Both the position numbers and the translations under genes were made by a program. A stretch of DNA of 64,000 nucleotides. Source: Camelus dromedarius. Its lineage: Eukaryota. The notes below the pieces were generated by a model. The model did not search any database. It was not told where the DNA came from and was given only the letters and a program-made list of their open reading frames with translations. The stretch is taken from positions 55,058,001-55,122,000 of the forward strand of contig NC_087437.1 in NCBI RefSeq assembly GCF_036321535.1, given 5' to 3'. Numbering within the stretch: position 1 is the stretch's first letter; each line of letters opens with the position of its first letter. This document shows positions 39,621-54,329 of this stretch, piece after piece.

Positions 39621-42600
39621 GATTAGAAAAAAGTGATAAAGTCAGCTTTCTAGTCTTGACTTTTTTTTAATTTTTACTGTTAACACTCAGAAATGAAAAA
39701 TTATTTTTGCATGTTTTGAATTACAACCCTGGCCGCAAGAATCACAGTTAAATTTACTTTAGTAGGAATAATCATAAGGGTGGTTCCAAAAAAAAATTTT
39801 TTTTTTCCAATGAGAAATTCTTAAGCCTGTGGCTCTTCTGAGTTAATCTGTGGCTCATTTGCTGGGGTCACCAGTTTTATTTTAGAGCCACCAGAGTTGT
39901 AGCTTTTCAACGTTTCCTTTGACCACTGCCCTTTCCTTACCTCGCAATCCTTAACTTATGTCTTATATTTCTCATCATGTGAAATATAAGGGATTCACTA
40001 CGGGCAGTGTGTGAATTTTAGGCTACAGTGGCAACTGTATTTCTGAACTTCTGATTTCCAAATTAAAAGCCAGAGCATGCTGATGACCTCAAGGAGCACT
40101 GATTATTAGACAATTGGGGTGATAATGTAATCTGCTTGAATTGCTTCAGTGACTTGTTTCCTATGACATACTTGGAAGAAACTGTCTTTAGGTCAAAAGC
40201 AAAGAACCCGATTTATTGAGGGATGACCTTTATCTCTTGAAGTGCAGTCATCCTATTATGAATTTTGCCAAAATAGGGAGAATTTATGAAATATTTATCC
40301 TATAAAAATGCAATAACATTCTACTTGTTTGTTACATTTAAGTCCTTATGTAACTGAATGTTTACATGCCAAAAAAAAAAAAGTTGTGAGAAATGCTGTC
40401 ACAGACCCATCCCTGTGGCATTGCCAGAATCTGCTTGCTTACAATCTTTATAGTGCATTTTTATCACATAACCTCAGAGTATCTTTACCAAAGATTTTTA
40501 AAGTAAATCTCTTTTTAATATAGACTTATCATACTTTTATAATAATGAATGTGCACACAGACATATACAGAATATTTAGATTTAGATTTTTTTTTTCTTT
40601 CACAAGGTATAATAAGGAAAGGATCCTAAAATATTTTATTTCAGGATTTCTTAACTCTATGATTTATATCGCTATCTTGTCTTCTATTAATTGTTTGGTG
40701 TCAACAATGCCAAATCACTCTTTACTGTTTTAGTTACATGAAATTTTGCCTATAACAGAGATATAAAGATCTATCACCTTAAGGTTTATAATTCTCTTTT
40801 GATGTATTGTCTTGATGGTTATCATTTAAATACATAAATAATGGAAAAGAATCAGAGAGTCTATAAGAGAAAGTTTGTAAAAATATACTGATTTTTTTAA
40901 AAAAAATTGTCAAGAACACAAATATTTGGTAGTTCCATGTAACATGAGAGACGTTGGAAAAGGAAAAAAAACCCACTATGTCCTGGGCTCTGTGGACCAT
41001 TTCAAAATGAGATTTCTCCATTGCCTGGATCCCCAGCTCAAGACAACTCTGTGGAGTCTCATCTGCAAGCAAATTGGCCTTTAAGACTCAAAAATAAGTT
41101 TTGTGTCCAAGCAGAATGCATGAGGGCTTTGAGATCTCAGACCTCTCTGCAGCCCAAAGATAGGGGTTCTTTTTCCTCTCATTAACACATTGTTTCTGTA
41201 GAAGCAACTTCTCTGATCAAAATTACTTCATTGAGTGTATGCTGATTAACACAGTGGAGTTATCAGCCCTATCACTGTTGTCCCACTATGAAAGATTCTG
41301 CAAAGATGTTTTTGATGTTTCAAGTGTATAAAACTCTAACTCCATTTCAACAAGTATTTTATATTTGGGTGGAGAGGAAGGAAAAGAGCATTTTAGCATG
41401 GGGCTGTCACAGAGGGTTTATGGACTATGGACAGGACTCTGAAAGCACAACTTCCAACGGTTTTCCTAGTTAGTAAATATCCTATTAATGTGAACCAGCC
41501 AGGAATAACAGTGTTATTTCTATTTGATGTGGTTGGGGCTTCTCTTGTCAAATTTGCCTCGGCTGCCCCTTGGTCCCTCCATTATCAGGTTTTGAAGGGT
41601 GTTGGGGAAATGACGGCAGCTGCTAGGGAGATCAGGGAAACACTGATGTGACCTCACAGCCTCTCGCCGCTCCTCTTGGCTTGGGTAGGCCTTTTTTGCC
41701 ATATACATTTCTAGAAGTATTGCTGTTCTACCTTAGGATTTCACATTTGTAGTTTAAACAAGCGATTGTCCATCTGTTGCCTGGAGCTACAGGACATGTG
41801 TGTTATGAATGAAATATGACAGCATGTTCCATACCCTGCTTTAGCCATCTGTAGGAAACCAGGAGGCTGACAAAGATATACCTCTGCGAAATGTGCCTCA
41901 AGTCCATTTCCTGAGATCGCTCTTCTGGTGCACTTCCATGGGAGATAATCAGAGAGCCACGTGTACTTCTGCCTTAATTTTCAAGAACTTTACGTTACTA
42001 TGAATGCTCCACTCAAGTGTCTATCACGTAAATTACCACCCCCACGCCTCAAAGATATACTGATCAAAAAGTCAAAATCCAGAGAAGTCTGAACCCTTCA
42101 CCTTCATGTATGCTAACAGTATTTCTGTCCTCGCCGTCTCTTGAAGTGCCTTGTAGATTCCTAAACTAGGAAAGCATCCTTATGCCACGAGGTGTGTCTT
42201 GGATGTTGTTGATGATTGGGTGGTCTGCCTTGGTGGCCTTCCTCTGGTTTTGTCAGAGACTTCCGCTTGGGCCTTTAACACCCGTTCAGCATATCCACTT
42301 CTTTAATTGCCATAACTTTTTGATTTGTCTGTTTTTGTTTTGTTTTGTTTTTTAATTTAATGGTGGACAGAACCAGCTGAGGATCTTGGTTCTGAGTCAT
42401 TTTGATGGTGCAGTCATGAACATTTCAGGTCAAATTATTTCCTTCACAGGTAACTTTTCTTATGAGTCTGTTGTTAAGCTGACTTATTATTCCAAACCTT
42501 TAAAAAGTGATCTGATTAAAGCTATCTGACTTGATGAGAGTTCTTCCTCTTTCTTGCTTTCCCTCCATTTCTCCCTCCCTCTTCCTTTCTTCCCTTCTTT

Positions 42601-45600
42601 CCTCCCTCCCTTTGTTCCTTCTGATTTCTACTCATTAATGCTATTCCGCTTGGACTGTTCATAAATAAATTAAATCAATGCATTAGGCTCCTTATGGAAT
42701 TGTGATCATATTAAGGGAAGACTTGTTCTACTGCAAGATATATGCAACCTCCATAAATCCTTCCTTTAAAAGGACATATTTTCCAGATTGTGTTTATTCA
42801 TAAAGTGAGGTGAGATAATAGAGTCTTTCAGTTTTATTTTAATGAGTTTTCATCAGGGATTCAGATCATAGAGTTCTTGGCAAATTCATTTATGACTGCC
42901 CTACTTTTCCCAGCTATGTGCAAAATGATCTTTCTAAGACTAGGTTAAGGTTCTTTTTACTTTAATCCAAAGCATTTTGACCAACAAAACAATCATGGTT
43001 TTAAGTGGTGGCTGGTTATTTTAGATCAGTGAAACTTGAGAATTTTCCTTATGGCAGGGAAAAACTATTATCCTTCTAGAATTTTTACACATATCAGCAT
43101 TTTTCCCATGACAATAATATTACATCCTAATACTTGAACACTTGAAAACCTAATACACAGTATTTTTCAGGGGGTGGGGCAGCAACAGAGGTTTTCCGGA
43201 AGCACAGATGACAGGCCTGTAGTCTGTTTATGAAAACAACCTGAGAAGAACAAGCTGGGTCTCTCCGTCAAGCATTTAGGTCTGAGACTCTTTTGAACTC
43301 TGACTAACACTGATAAAAACATGTCCTTTCTATCCATTTTTTTTAGTTTCTTTGGAAAAAGCTGATGATTTTAGGAATGTGTTTCCATTTTTGGTTTCTG
43401 TCTTCAGTTCCATCTTCTCCAAGTTGACCTTGATTTTCCTTTTTGGGAGGGTCACATGTGAGCAAAGTAAAAGCATACCCAGTACATACATAATTCAGCA
43501 CATATGTGAATCTGCCCAGAATTAACGATAGTCTCAGTGGGTGTGTTGTTTTGATATATAGGCAGAGGTTGTTGTTTCTGTTTTGTTTTGTTTTTTAACC
43601 TGTCTCCAAGAAGAGAGGGACTCAGGAGGGAAGGAAGAATTCCAGAGAAGGGGAAGGTCAATTAAAAAGATGACAAGAGAATTCTTGCATAGTCCAACTC
43701 TGAGAGTTTTCACAGGGGTTTTAATGATTAGCAATTATAGTTGTTTAAACACATAAAATATTTATGTTTCCAAGTTTATGAGGTGTTTAAAAATCATTAT
43801 GGCTAACAATGTATTTTTCCCTTGTCAGAAGAGAGTGAAATGAGAGCGTCTTCTCAGCCCCGTGGTATGGCCGAAACTACACAGAACTTTCATAACCCAC
43901 GTCCTTTCATCCTTCTGTGGGAGGGCTGTAGCTCATTCTCTTTCTGATGGATGGTGGTGCAGGTTCTTACCTACTCTTGGGCAAGCCACGCTACACCCGA
44001 AGCATCTCGGAAGGTCAGATGTTTCTAGTTTCACACCGTCAGTGTTTCATCATCCCTTTCCGGTGGGCTTACCTGGTGAGCACAGTGAGCAGGAGTTTCT
44101 TCGGTCTGGGGTCTCTTGTTTAAATCCAGTCACCCACTTTCTGTAATGTCTTGCCTAGACAGCTGTACTCGATTTGTACTACTTCTCCCCTTTTTTACTT
44201 ACAAGCACAGAAAACCAATTTTATCGTACTAAGTTTAAAAAGGAAGAAATATAGAATAACACATTTTCCCTTCAATCTAGACAGGGAGAACACTTGCTCC
44301 TTTCTCTGCTTTACTTCCCCAGCCCTTCTGCAAAAAGTTGTGGACTCTGTTTTCAGTTACTCAGCATGCAAGTGGCTTATTGCATAGCCAGTTGGTAGAA
44401 GATGCATTTTATTAAACTCATTGACTTTTCCCCATTGATACTCCACAAAAAATTACTGGAATCTTTGCCCTTTATTTCTGATTGCTATTTAATTTACAGC
44501 AGTTTCTAACCAATTCAGTATCTCTCATGCTAACCTTTGTTATAAGCATAAATTGATACTCTACTTGCAAAAAGTTATATATACTAGAAAGAACAGAGAA
44601 ACCTACAGCTAATTCCTTTGTGATACTTTAAGATGGTTGCATAAGTCCTTCTCTATGTGTGTCTTTGTTACTTTTTCCAAGATGCTCATCCATGTATGGG
44701 CAAGGGAAAACATCATTCATCTAACTCTGATACATTTACCTAATACACACAAATAGAAGTCTTATTAAATGACACTCACATTCAAGCAACTTGGTACTGA
44801 ACACAGCTTCTAAATTCAGTTTTCAGCCCCAGGAGTAGAATGATCTACGAAGATTGAGCCAGGTTTCACTATGTCATCTTGTGTTCTGTACCAGTGTAGA
44901 GGGTCATAGCTGACCCCAAGCCACAGTGCTGTTCTACACATAGACTCATGGGTCCTTTAAGGATCTGAATCTCCTGTTATTTTGCTGACAAGTCACCCTC
45001 CCACATTTTCTAGACCTGGCCGGTATGTAGTACCATTCGCAGCAGTCCCTTCTACCATTGGGGCAGCTTTTTTCTATGAAAATTCTTCCATTTGTTAAAT
45101 GAAACTCTGGCTCTGAAGCTACAAAAGAAGTCTAATGTCTAAATCTTGGTCTCTAGGTTGGATATCACTACTCTTTCAGCTTTCCTCATTTAGTGACATG
45201 GTATCAAGTCCAATCACCCTTCTGCTTCTCCTTTGAACAGTTGGACTCAACAATATTTCCTAATTTTATTTCAATCTACTCAATGAAATGTAGCAATCAT
45301 TTTGGATCAGGCCAGATAACACCACTTTTTTCAGGGCTGAAAGTAAGTAGAATTGGAATCATCCAAAGGAAACTAATATTCAATGTGGACATCCCCCCAA
45401 GGACTCAGACCCAGGAGAGTGGAGGATGGAGGAGGATAGGTCTCCCATGTGAGCAGAACAGGCATGGCCTTTACTGATTTTGACGTTCCCAAAGTCAAAG
45501 TCAGTCTGAGACTAGGAAGCGAGCTGGTGCTTGTGTCATCCATGAAAGTCCCACTTCTTGGTCAGCGTTCACAGAGTCTTCCAACCTTTTCCCTTTATCT

Positions 45601-47289
45601 TTGTCTTTTCAAGAGTAAGACCTGTCTTGTCCATGTTCCCGTACTGCATATGCAAAAAGAGTCCTGGGCACTTCAAAATTTCCACATAAATGTTTCTGGC
45701 TGATTGATTTTTGAGACTAGCTTTCATCTTCTTTGAACAAATGTTTGTACCTGGAGATGCTGCACTTCAGATCAAGTGAGCAACTTCCCTGCTCAGTCAG
45801 TCAGGAAGTGTCCTTAGCAGTCCACATTTTCTCTATACTTTTATCTTCTAACATCTTTATCTTTTACTCATCTACTCAATTTAATAATCACTCTAAGGGA
45901 ATCAGCCCCTAAGTAACTTCGATTCAGGCCAACTGCAGTGAGATCAAAGAGGTTCCGTCTGTACTCCAGAGGAAGGAGTGTAGCATCAGCAAAAGTAATT
46001 CTTCCCAGTGGCATCAGTGACGCTTCCTGGAAGAGTGAAATTTGTTAAGAAATCTTGTACTGATTCATAGGCTTGATTTAGAAGTTGAGAGAGGAATATT
46101 TAAGGCACCAGAAACAACAGGAGAGCATAGGTTATACCCACAGAAAACCCTCTGCTTTACAGATTCTGGAAGGTCCTTATCAGGAGAAGTGGCTTCCAGA
46201 TACTTGGGGTCAGTGAGAAGTTGAAAAGCATAGAGGAAGGTTGATTCAATTGTTATTTGCTTTTCCATATCTATATAACTGTAAGATAGGAAAAGCTGTC
46301 AAAATATAATCCAGTACTTACAGCATGAATCGGAACCTTTTTTGATAATATACAAACGGATATTCATATCAGCTCATAGCTACATACTGCACTCTTGAAC
46401 ACCCTGTCTTTTGAGCCCCCACAAGACTATGAGCAAGATGCCTCTTTTCCTATTGCTTCTCGGTCCACTTGATGTTACGATTCCCTTACAGATTTATTGC
46501 TAAGGGATAATCCAGACTCTACTTAAACGTCACCTGCATCAAGAAGCTCATTACTTCTTAAGCTCTTCCATTTCCTCCATCACACTTTGTTCCAGGCTCC
46601 AGAACCAGACTCCGGGGCTTAGGTGCTCCTTGGTGCCACACAAAATTAATCTTTAGTACATAACAAAATGTGCTTCTTCCCTCTGTTTTCTTTCCAAATA
46701 TATTTTGTTTTTAGCAACATATTTAAAAACAAAACTTTGATTTTTTTTTTTAGCTGAAGGATTATAAATATCCTTAAACATCCTTAAAAATAGTCTGAAG
46801 GATTTTCTGAGGGTCAGGTTTTAGAGTTTCTGAGTTTGGGGTTGTGGTTTTTACTTTCTTATTCAAAAGACAAACTGTTCTGACAGTTGTTATGTAGCTC
46901 CTCCCAGTAACTAACCCATGAAATACACTCGTCATCCCACCTGCTGATAGTGACCCTGAAATGTGAGGAAATGTCAGTGTGTGATCTCCACTTCTAACAA
47001 GGAAAGCGTCAAAAGCAGAAGATCATGGTCCTGCTGAAATGTATTACTTCTGGCCAGTTGTTCTGTGCGAAAGACGGAGGTTCTATTATGTTCTGGTTTT
47101 CTGCAGAAATGTGTAAATTCTTTCATTACTGTCCTGAGTTCCTGTGGAGCTGCAGTAGCATCGTCTGGTCTCTGAGAGAACCAGGCTTGCAGACTCTTCC
47201 ACCCCTGCCTGGAATTCGAGAGCCCTGATGTCAGAACCTGTCACCAGCCCCCTGGGCAGGACCGGGAGGTGGCTTTCTGAGCTCTAAAA

Positions 47290-47460
47290 TAATAACTCCT
47301 AAGAGAGCTTACAAACTGCTTTCGCACGTAGAACAGCCCTGGGAGGAAGGTTATTAATAGCCCTATCCTGGAAGAGAAAGCTGAGGTTCAGAATCGTTAA
47401 GTGACTTGCCAAAAGCAATAGAGCCGGTAAATGGCAGATTTGGGGACGTCCCCAGGTCTT
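47290..47460 (-). mobile_element. MIR SINE in the 3' UTR
   Basis: gagaaagctgaggttcagaatcgttaagtgacttgccaaaag reverse core. Confidence 0.7.
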
Positions 47461-50400
47461 GGCATTCCCGTGCCCTCTGCAGGCGTGGCTCTCAGGGCAC
47501 AGAGGGCACGACGTGTGCTTCTTGCAGACCCCCGTGCCCCCATAGGTCACTTCGCTGGCAGGTGGCAGAGACCATCTGGAGCTTGCGTGCCTTTTCTGTG
47601 TCATCTTGTGGGAAACTGCCAGGTGTTCTGTCTGATGGGCAGCGCGGTGGAGTCAGTGAGGACAGGCCACCGCTAGGAACACACACAGCAGGCCTGAAGT
47701 TCGCTGCGGCAAGTTTCCCCAGAGACAGTGGTTTGCTTTGCATTAACTGAAAAATTCTCTGGAACTGTGAGGTTCAGAATATCAGCCGAGACCGAATCAT
47801 TTAGAATTCAGTGGAGTGTGGAGGTGATGTGATCCTTCAGACAAGCCTGTCTCTGGTGGGCCAGGGTGTGTGCCCCACAGAGGCAGGAACCGCTGTGGGT
47901 AAACAGGGCAGATTCTCTCTCCGGCCACGCTTATTCGAGGCCCACCAAGAATATGACAGCATCAGGCATGATCGAGCCGACCGACCGACCCTGACCTCGA
48001 GATGCCTGTGAACAAATGCCCTGGAACTCGTTGCAGTCCTGTGACTTGGCTTTTGCCATTTGATAGCCTGGCTTCCCCAGCTGTTGTCGTTCTGTGATTT
48101 GTGTGTGCTTATCACGGGGGGTCTGGTACTGCGCGTTCCCAGCGGACTGACTTGGAAGCCTGAGCATGTTATTCTAGAACCCGTTCCACGTGGCAGGTCC
48201 ACAGCTGGGCGGTCCTTCCCTTGAGCTGCACCCCTCAGGAAGCTGTGACTTTTGATGTGTGCACTTGGGGTTGTATTTCCTCCCCATGTCTCCTTATAGT
48301 TGTTTGGCTTTAAGTTAAAATCTGCTAACTGATAAATATTATTTCTTTATCTGAGTCAAATCTACTGCAGGGAACCTTTAAGATGATCTTACCTATTAAG
48401 CTTTCTAGTAATTTTCCCTTCCTAGATCCACCATCCATCATGGAGGTCTCATCATCCACCTGCTTAATTTCCCTGGGATTCACAAGGGGCAGGTTGAATA
48501 ACAGATGGCCCCTCACCCCTCTCCAATCTTCACACCTGGAAAATACAGGAGGTGCCGGTGGGGCCAACTGGGGAGTAGCCCTGGCTGAGCTGGCAACATT
48601 CAGACCCTGGAAAGGTGCTGCATCTTCCCGTGAGGTGTAATGAATGTTATGATTGACGGAGCGGAAAATGATTCCTGTGGAAGAAATGGCGACCCCCAGC
48701 ACAGGAGTGGCTTAGTACAGGCAGCATTTTGAGAAATTTTCAGAATTATCTAGGTGAGTACTCCTGAGTCAGAGACTCACTTGGCTGGAACCTGTGATGT
48801 CTTGTCGGAATAAATGTGAGGCTGTGAATATGAAAAAGCAGCCCTTTAAATAAAAATAAAAGGCGCCATAAACTCTGATTTATCTTTACATAGTATGAAA
48901 GAAATTACTCTTTTTTTTTCTTTCCCCCATTCTACACAACATTGCCCCCCTCTTACTTAGGGAAAATACCACAGTGCTGTCTTCAAAATACACACCCATG
49001 CACGTGAGTGCCCACACGTGCACGCACACACACAAACTCACACACATACACACACAGGCATCTTCCAAGAGAGCTGATCTTTCAAAAAGGAAATCTTATT
49101 TTAAAACACTTGGATTTTTCAGGCCAAGAAACTAATAATTTCTAGACCTGACCCATTTTTGTGGCTGCCAAAAAAGAAAAGAAAAAGCTATTTAAATTTT
49201 GTACGGCTCCATTTATCTCTTAAAATATGCCAGAGCAATTTGAGGTGGGGGTGGAATCCCTCCTGCTTGATTCTCTCTTTACATTTCTATCTGTTGGGAA
49301 AAGGATAAAGGATTATTCCTGGGCGATTAGTGTTGATGCATTGTGTCGCCACTTTGTTCGGGGTCTGCTTCGCTTCAGACTGAGGCGTAAGAAAAATCGT
49401 TGCTTTTTGGACTCCTTTCCCTCCATCACGAGGGAGTAAATATTAAGCCTGAATGTCTTTCCACGCCAAATTATTTCACTCCATCTCTGAAGTCATTTAG
49501 AAAATGCAAAAGAGGGCGAAGTAGCTTTTCTTGGATATATTTCTCTTGTTTTTTTTTCTTTCTTGGAGACAAATCTAAAGGGAAAAAAAAATCCAGTTCC
49601 TTTTGATCTCTCTTTCTCTTTGGGTGACAGTGATGATCACTTAGTAATTATAAACCAGAAGTAGAAGAGCTCAGCCAGGTTGTGATGTATCTGCCAACAT
49701 GTCTCATTCCTTCAAATACAGACTTTGAGAGGAAGAGATTTTATCATTTAAATGCCAACAGTAGGAATGGCCTCATATTTTAACTTTCAAACAGTAAAAG
49801 GCGAGTTGATACTTGGGCAGTGTTTGCATTTTACTAGGCCTGTACACCTTGTGCTGAGTGTGTAGGCGAGTGCCGCTCCATCAGCCTGTCCGGGTGAGCG
49901 TGCCAGGAAGCGTCAAAGTGCCTTGGACTCTCCTCACAAGGTGGCAGATCAGAACTGGTGTAGGCTGTGCCAGCCTTCTTACTCAACTGAAATATCTGAA
50001 CTGAGCTGTATCCTTGATGAAGGATATTTAGGGCCCTGGAAGCTAAATCTCGTCACCCACCAACAGTTTATAACGAAGCAGTCGCAAAGCCATGGTGAAA
50101 TGACTTTCTTCCTTTCAGTACCCGTTTATTCTGTTGGGAAAGCTGATGAACAAATGATCCAAGAATTATTTCATCTTAAAGTGAGAACGCATACCTCCCC
50201 AACCTCTGAATTAGTCCTCATTCGTGTTCAGGAAGCAGATGAACGAGCAAACAGAATTAAGGATGACATCGATTGTCTGATTATTTAGCATTAAAAAAAT
50301 TACATGATTTCATGTGCCTTAAGCAAAGATTCTAACTAGATGCAAAAGTGTCACCGCTGGATGTAGGGTGGGAATTTTACCATGTTACCTGTGCAACTAA

Positions 50401-52818
50401 TTACTCCATTTTTTGTTTTGCCTTTTAAATTTCACTTTATTGTTAGTTTTGCAGATTTGGGGCTGGCTCTTTCTCTGCTGGGATTATGAGACGCGCCCCC
50501 CCAAAAAAGGAAGGGAAAGGAAGAACTTTCTGGGTAGCAACTCTGTGCCGTCAAGTAGACGTGGTGCAAAGACACAGAGCCCGAGGATGGTAATTTTCTC
50601 TGAGCCGCACACACCAGCTTTTATTTCATGGCTTTGTCACAGGCTTTTCTCCTTCTGTGCTGTCACCTTTGAGAAAAACGATTGCACCTTCTCCAAGTCT
50701 GCCTTTTAACAGCTACAGTTGAGTTGGCAAGACTTCCCCAGCTCTGAATAGAGCCATTTGCCGACTCCGGCCTCTTTGCGAGACTGACTCAAATCTGTGA
50801 TCTTCTGTTCAGCATACACATCAGCAAAGTGAGAAGATGAGCACTAAATATAGGCTCTATTAACTTTACTTTTAGATTTACTGCCTTCAAAAAGTGCCTA
50901 TTCTGAGAAACATAAACGTTATTCCTACATATGTCTGTACACACGGCACCCAGAGTCAGACCGTGAAGCCTTCAAAAACACACCATCGAAAGGAGTAGGT
51001 GCTAAGATAAGGAAGCCTTGCCAAAGGGAAGAAAGTCACTCATTTCCAGTATCGCCTCCCGAGTGGCACCATGGAACAGACTGCAAGCTCATTCCCTGCG
51101 CATCCCTTGCTGATACAGCCACTTTGTATTTATATCCTCCTGGATGGTGGCACAGCGCTGAGGCTTCCTGTCCTCTCCCTCAAGGGAATATGTGCTTTCT
51201 GGAATTGGAACATTCAGTCAGGAAAAAGAATTGTCGAAGAGAATTAATGAGCCAGGATCTGTATTAGGGTATGTGTCATATGTGTGTTTTATAAACTAAG
51301 CATTGGTGGGTTTAGCATGTCAGCACATCGCTTCCCCTTTCCTCTCTCAGGCTAACATCAGTGAAAACTAAAGAAAAGTCTTGGCTCCTGAGAATTGGAG
51401 GCTCAGGGGGCCAGATGCCCTTGCCAGATCCTTAGAGCATCTCTCTACTTTGATTCTTCAAAATAGTAGCATATGTTGTCTAATGGCTTTTGTTTCCATG
51501 GTCTGTCCCTGGCATCGTGGCTGCAGCTCTTGTCCGTGGAGCAGCAGCACAGCCTAGGAAGACGGATTCTTCCCCAGGTGCGGCAGTAGGAGAGGGCTCC
51601 AGTAAGTGGGACGAGGTGGACTGTGTGATTTTAGGAAAAGGGTTGAAGGGAGGACGTGCTTCCAAAAAAGATCTTTCTCAATGTGTCGTCTGACTCAACC
51701 AGCTGGCAAATCCCACTTGCCAAGTCGCTCTCTTCCCTTCTAAGTCAGTTGGTTCCATGTTCACTTGGTTCCGCCTCTGCTTTGGGAAAGCAAGATACCT
51801 CCAGTTAGCCTGTTCCCAAGGAAGCTCTTGGCATCCTCTTGGTTGTAAAGTTGTCTCCTGTCCCACCCAGTTTCACCAAATGGAAGGGAAGGAGGATAAG
51901 GGGTGGAAGATGCTTTCCATGCCGTTGCAGGCAGCCATCCTTCCGTTTGCCATCTCAGGAGCTCCACTACTTAAACTGGGGTGGGGGGGGTGTCACCGTT
52001 TCATTAATTTCAAGAGGATGGACCACCTTCCTGAGTTGTCATGTTACGAGACCATTTGTCTCCTTGGAGACAGTGATACTCTTCACAAAAACTGTCCACT
52101 CTTCCTGTTGATGTTCTTGTTCTGTTCTTACCTTATGCAATTTCAATACTAGTCAATTTCTACTTTTTAGAGAGATGTTAGTGTTAGATAAGAGCTCAGA
52201 AATCTCTATATGATATCAGAAGGGGCATCAGGACACACAGAGTTTTTCCCACACAGTTTTTCCTCCTTGGATCCAAGATGGACCGGGAAAGAGCATCGCA
52301 TGGCTTTGCTCCAGGTTTCAGTCTGATCGTGACTATGAGAGAGTTTTACATTAAATGTTAAATGGTATTTATAAGTGGATAGATCAAGGAGAAGGGGGAG
52401 AAGAGGAGAAGCCAGGTTTTCTCTGTATTAAATGTGTCAAAGAGCAAGAACTTCCTCCTAAGTACAGGCATAGCCCCGCCATGATCAGCTGCTGGTCTGA
52501 ATGACATTCTTTGACTTAGAGAAAGCCACACAAAAACATATACGGAATATGCCTTTTTTCATGTGTGTGCTACTGGCAGGGCCATGGTATTCCCAGAACA
52601 CAGATTTCTCTTTTTTATTCTTAGCAAATTGCATTTCGCCACTACATCATGAACCATCACTGATCTACCCAAAATAGCCCTCCTGGTAAGAGGATAGAAC
52701 CTGTTATAAGCAAGTGATTTGGGTATTTTCTTTTGTATTTATACATTACCAACTATATTAAATCATGTTTCTATTTACCTTCTATCAGTTTTTTCTATCA
52801 ATTATGTTTTTCCAACGC

Positions 52819-52945
52819 TGTATAAGAATAAATATGAAAATTATATTCCTTTTTTTCTGTTAAAGAATCGCAACTACGTCATTATATTTAGAAATCCAAT
52901 AAACTCACTACGTTTACTTGCCTGTGTGTGGAATTCTTTTTGAGT
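52819..52945 (+). terminator. Candidate distal polyadenylation site of LPP
   Basis: TGTA (52819) then AATAAA at 52827-52832 and 52898-52903; T-rich upstream; GT/T-rich element (tgtgtgtggaattcttttt) just downstream. Confidence 0.6.
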
Positions 52946-54329
52946 GGGACAGCTCCCGCCTCCTTCCTTCCAGCCTCTTTTACTGTGATTCATTTTTTTT
53001 ACCTCATTGCTTTCCATATGTTCTCCTGAGAGAGGGAACGTCTCTCAAAGCAAATGTGATGCCAACAAGCGTACGAAACACCTACTCTTCTCCACTCTTG
53101 AGCACAGACCTTCAGGTTAGACATGTTCTAGAATTACTTGACCACTCCTTGTCTTAACCTTTCAGGGGAAGAACTTTTCCCTTTTAAAGTCGGATCCAAG
53201 TCAGTCAGTTCCTGTGAGGGGTGGGGGTAGGAACGAGAGATTCTCCACCTGCAGCGCTAACAGCTGGTTGACTTTTCGCACTTTTACTCCATCTGTGCTA
53301 CGCATACTTTTCCGACACTGAGAATCTGCTCTGTGCTAGGCGTCTTGAAGGAGATGGATATAAATCAGACATCGCTCCTGCTTTCAAGAAGTCTGTAGTC
53401 TAGTAGAGCTGATGATATGGACGCAAATAACTGGGAAGAAGAAAGGAAGAATCTATCAGACACATGGGAGAGTGTAACTCAGCATTTTTTAAAGGCTTCA
53501 CTGCTTACTGTTAATAGCCCTGTGGTCTGGAATGAGTTTACCCTCATTTTATAGATGAAAGTGTTAAGAATGTGAGAAATAAAGGTAACAACCCAAATGA
53601 CCATACATATTTTTTTTCCATTTTTTAAAGGAAGAGGTCTGCAAGAGAACCCAGTACCCCGACCCCCAGCCTAGCCTGACTCAAGAGTGACTAGCAGTAG
53701 AGAGAACACGAAACTCCTTCCATGAAATTCAGAAAAGGAGATCGCTTCTCCTTCCCGCTTAGGCTTTGGGTTGGCTCTCCAACCTCACATTTCAGCCTAC
53801 TAATGCCGACGGGTCTGAGAGCCCAGGGGCCAGAGCTCTGTGAGGCACTGTCATTTTCAAAGGTGCCAGGTGCACACAAAGTGCATCTCTGAAGTAACAG
53901 ATGAGAGGTGCATCACTGGGGTGCAGAGAATTCGTAACTTCTTGCCAGAAAGTTGTACACAAAGAAGAGCATGTAACATGCCCCCTTGGCTTTCCTTTCT
54001 CTTATTTTCTCAGATTACTCACTTTATGTTCTTTGCCTCCCCCACCACTCCATATTTTAACGCTGTACATACATTTATTTGCCCGTATTCATCCAATGTG
54101 AGAGCTAGAGGGTCCTTACCATGTTCTCTGATTTTGTGAGGAAATACTAAGTCCCAGAGATAGGAAAGGATTCGCCTAAGGTCACAATATAATTTAATTA
54201 CAAGGCTGGACCTTGTGTCCTGGGCTGACTCTCAGTCCTGCGCTATCATACTGATAACTTCAATAATGTGGAAGACAGTAGGAAAAGAGTTTTATCTACA
54301 ATTTCTATTTCTAAGAAAAAGAAAGACAT

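Larger units (their letters stand above)
37989..52920 (+). other. LPP: Very long LPP 3' UTR (3' end inferred)
   Basis: Sequence after the stop resembles the recalled human LPP 3' UTR start; comparatively repeat-poor to ~52.9 kb; LPP is known to have a multi-kb 3' UTR; repeat density rises after 53 kb. Confidence 0.65.

Noticed and set aside
39788..39806. A9T10 palindrome; also tttatgatcataaa (13865-13878) and a 9-bp hairpin (56882-56903)
   Set aside because: Short AT-rich palindromes readily arise by chance or slippage
40268..40277. CArG boxes (also 50501-50510 and 57725-57734), given known SRF regulation of LPP
   Set aside because: A few CC(A/T)6GG matches are expected by chance in 64 kb; no clustering
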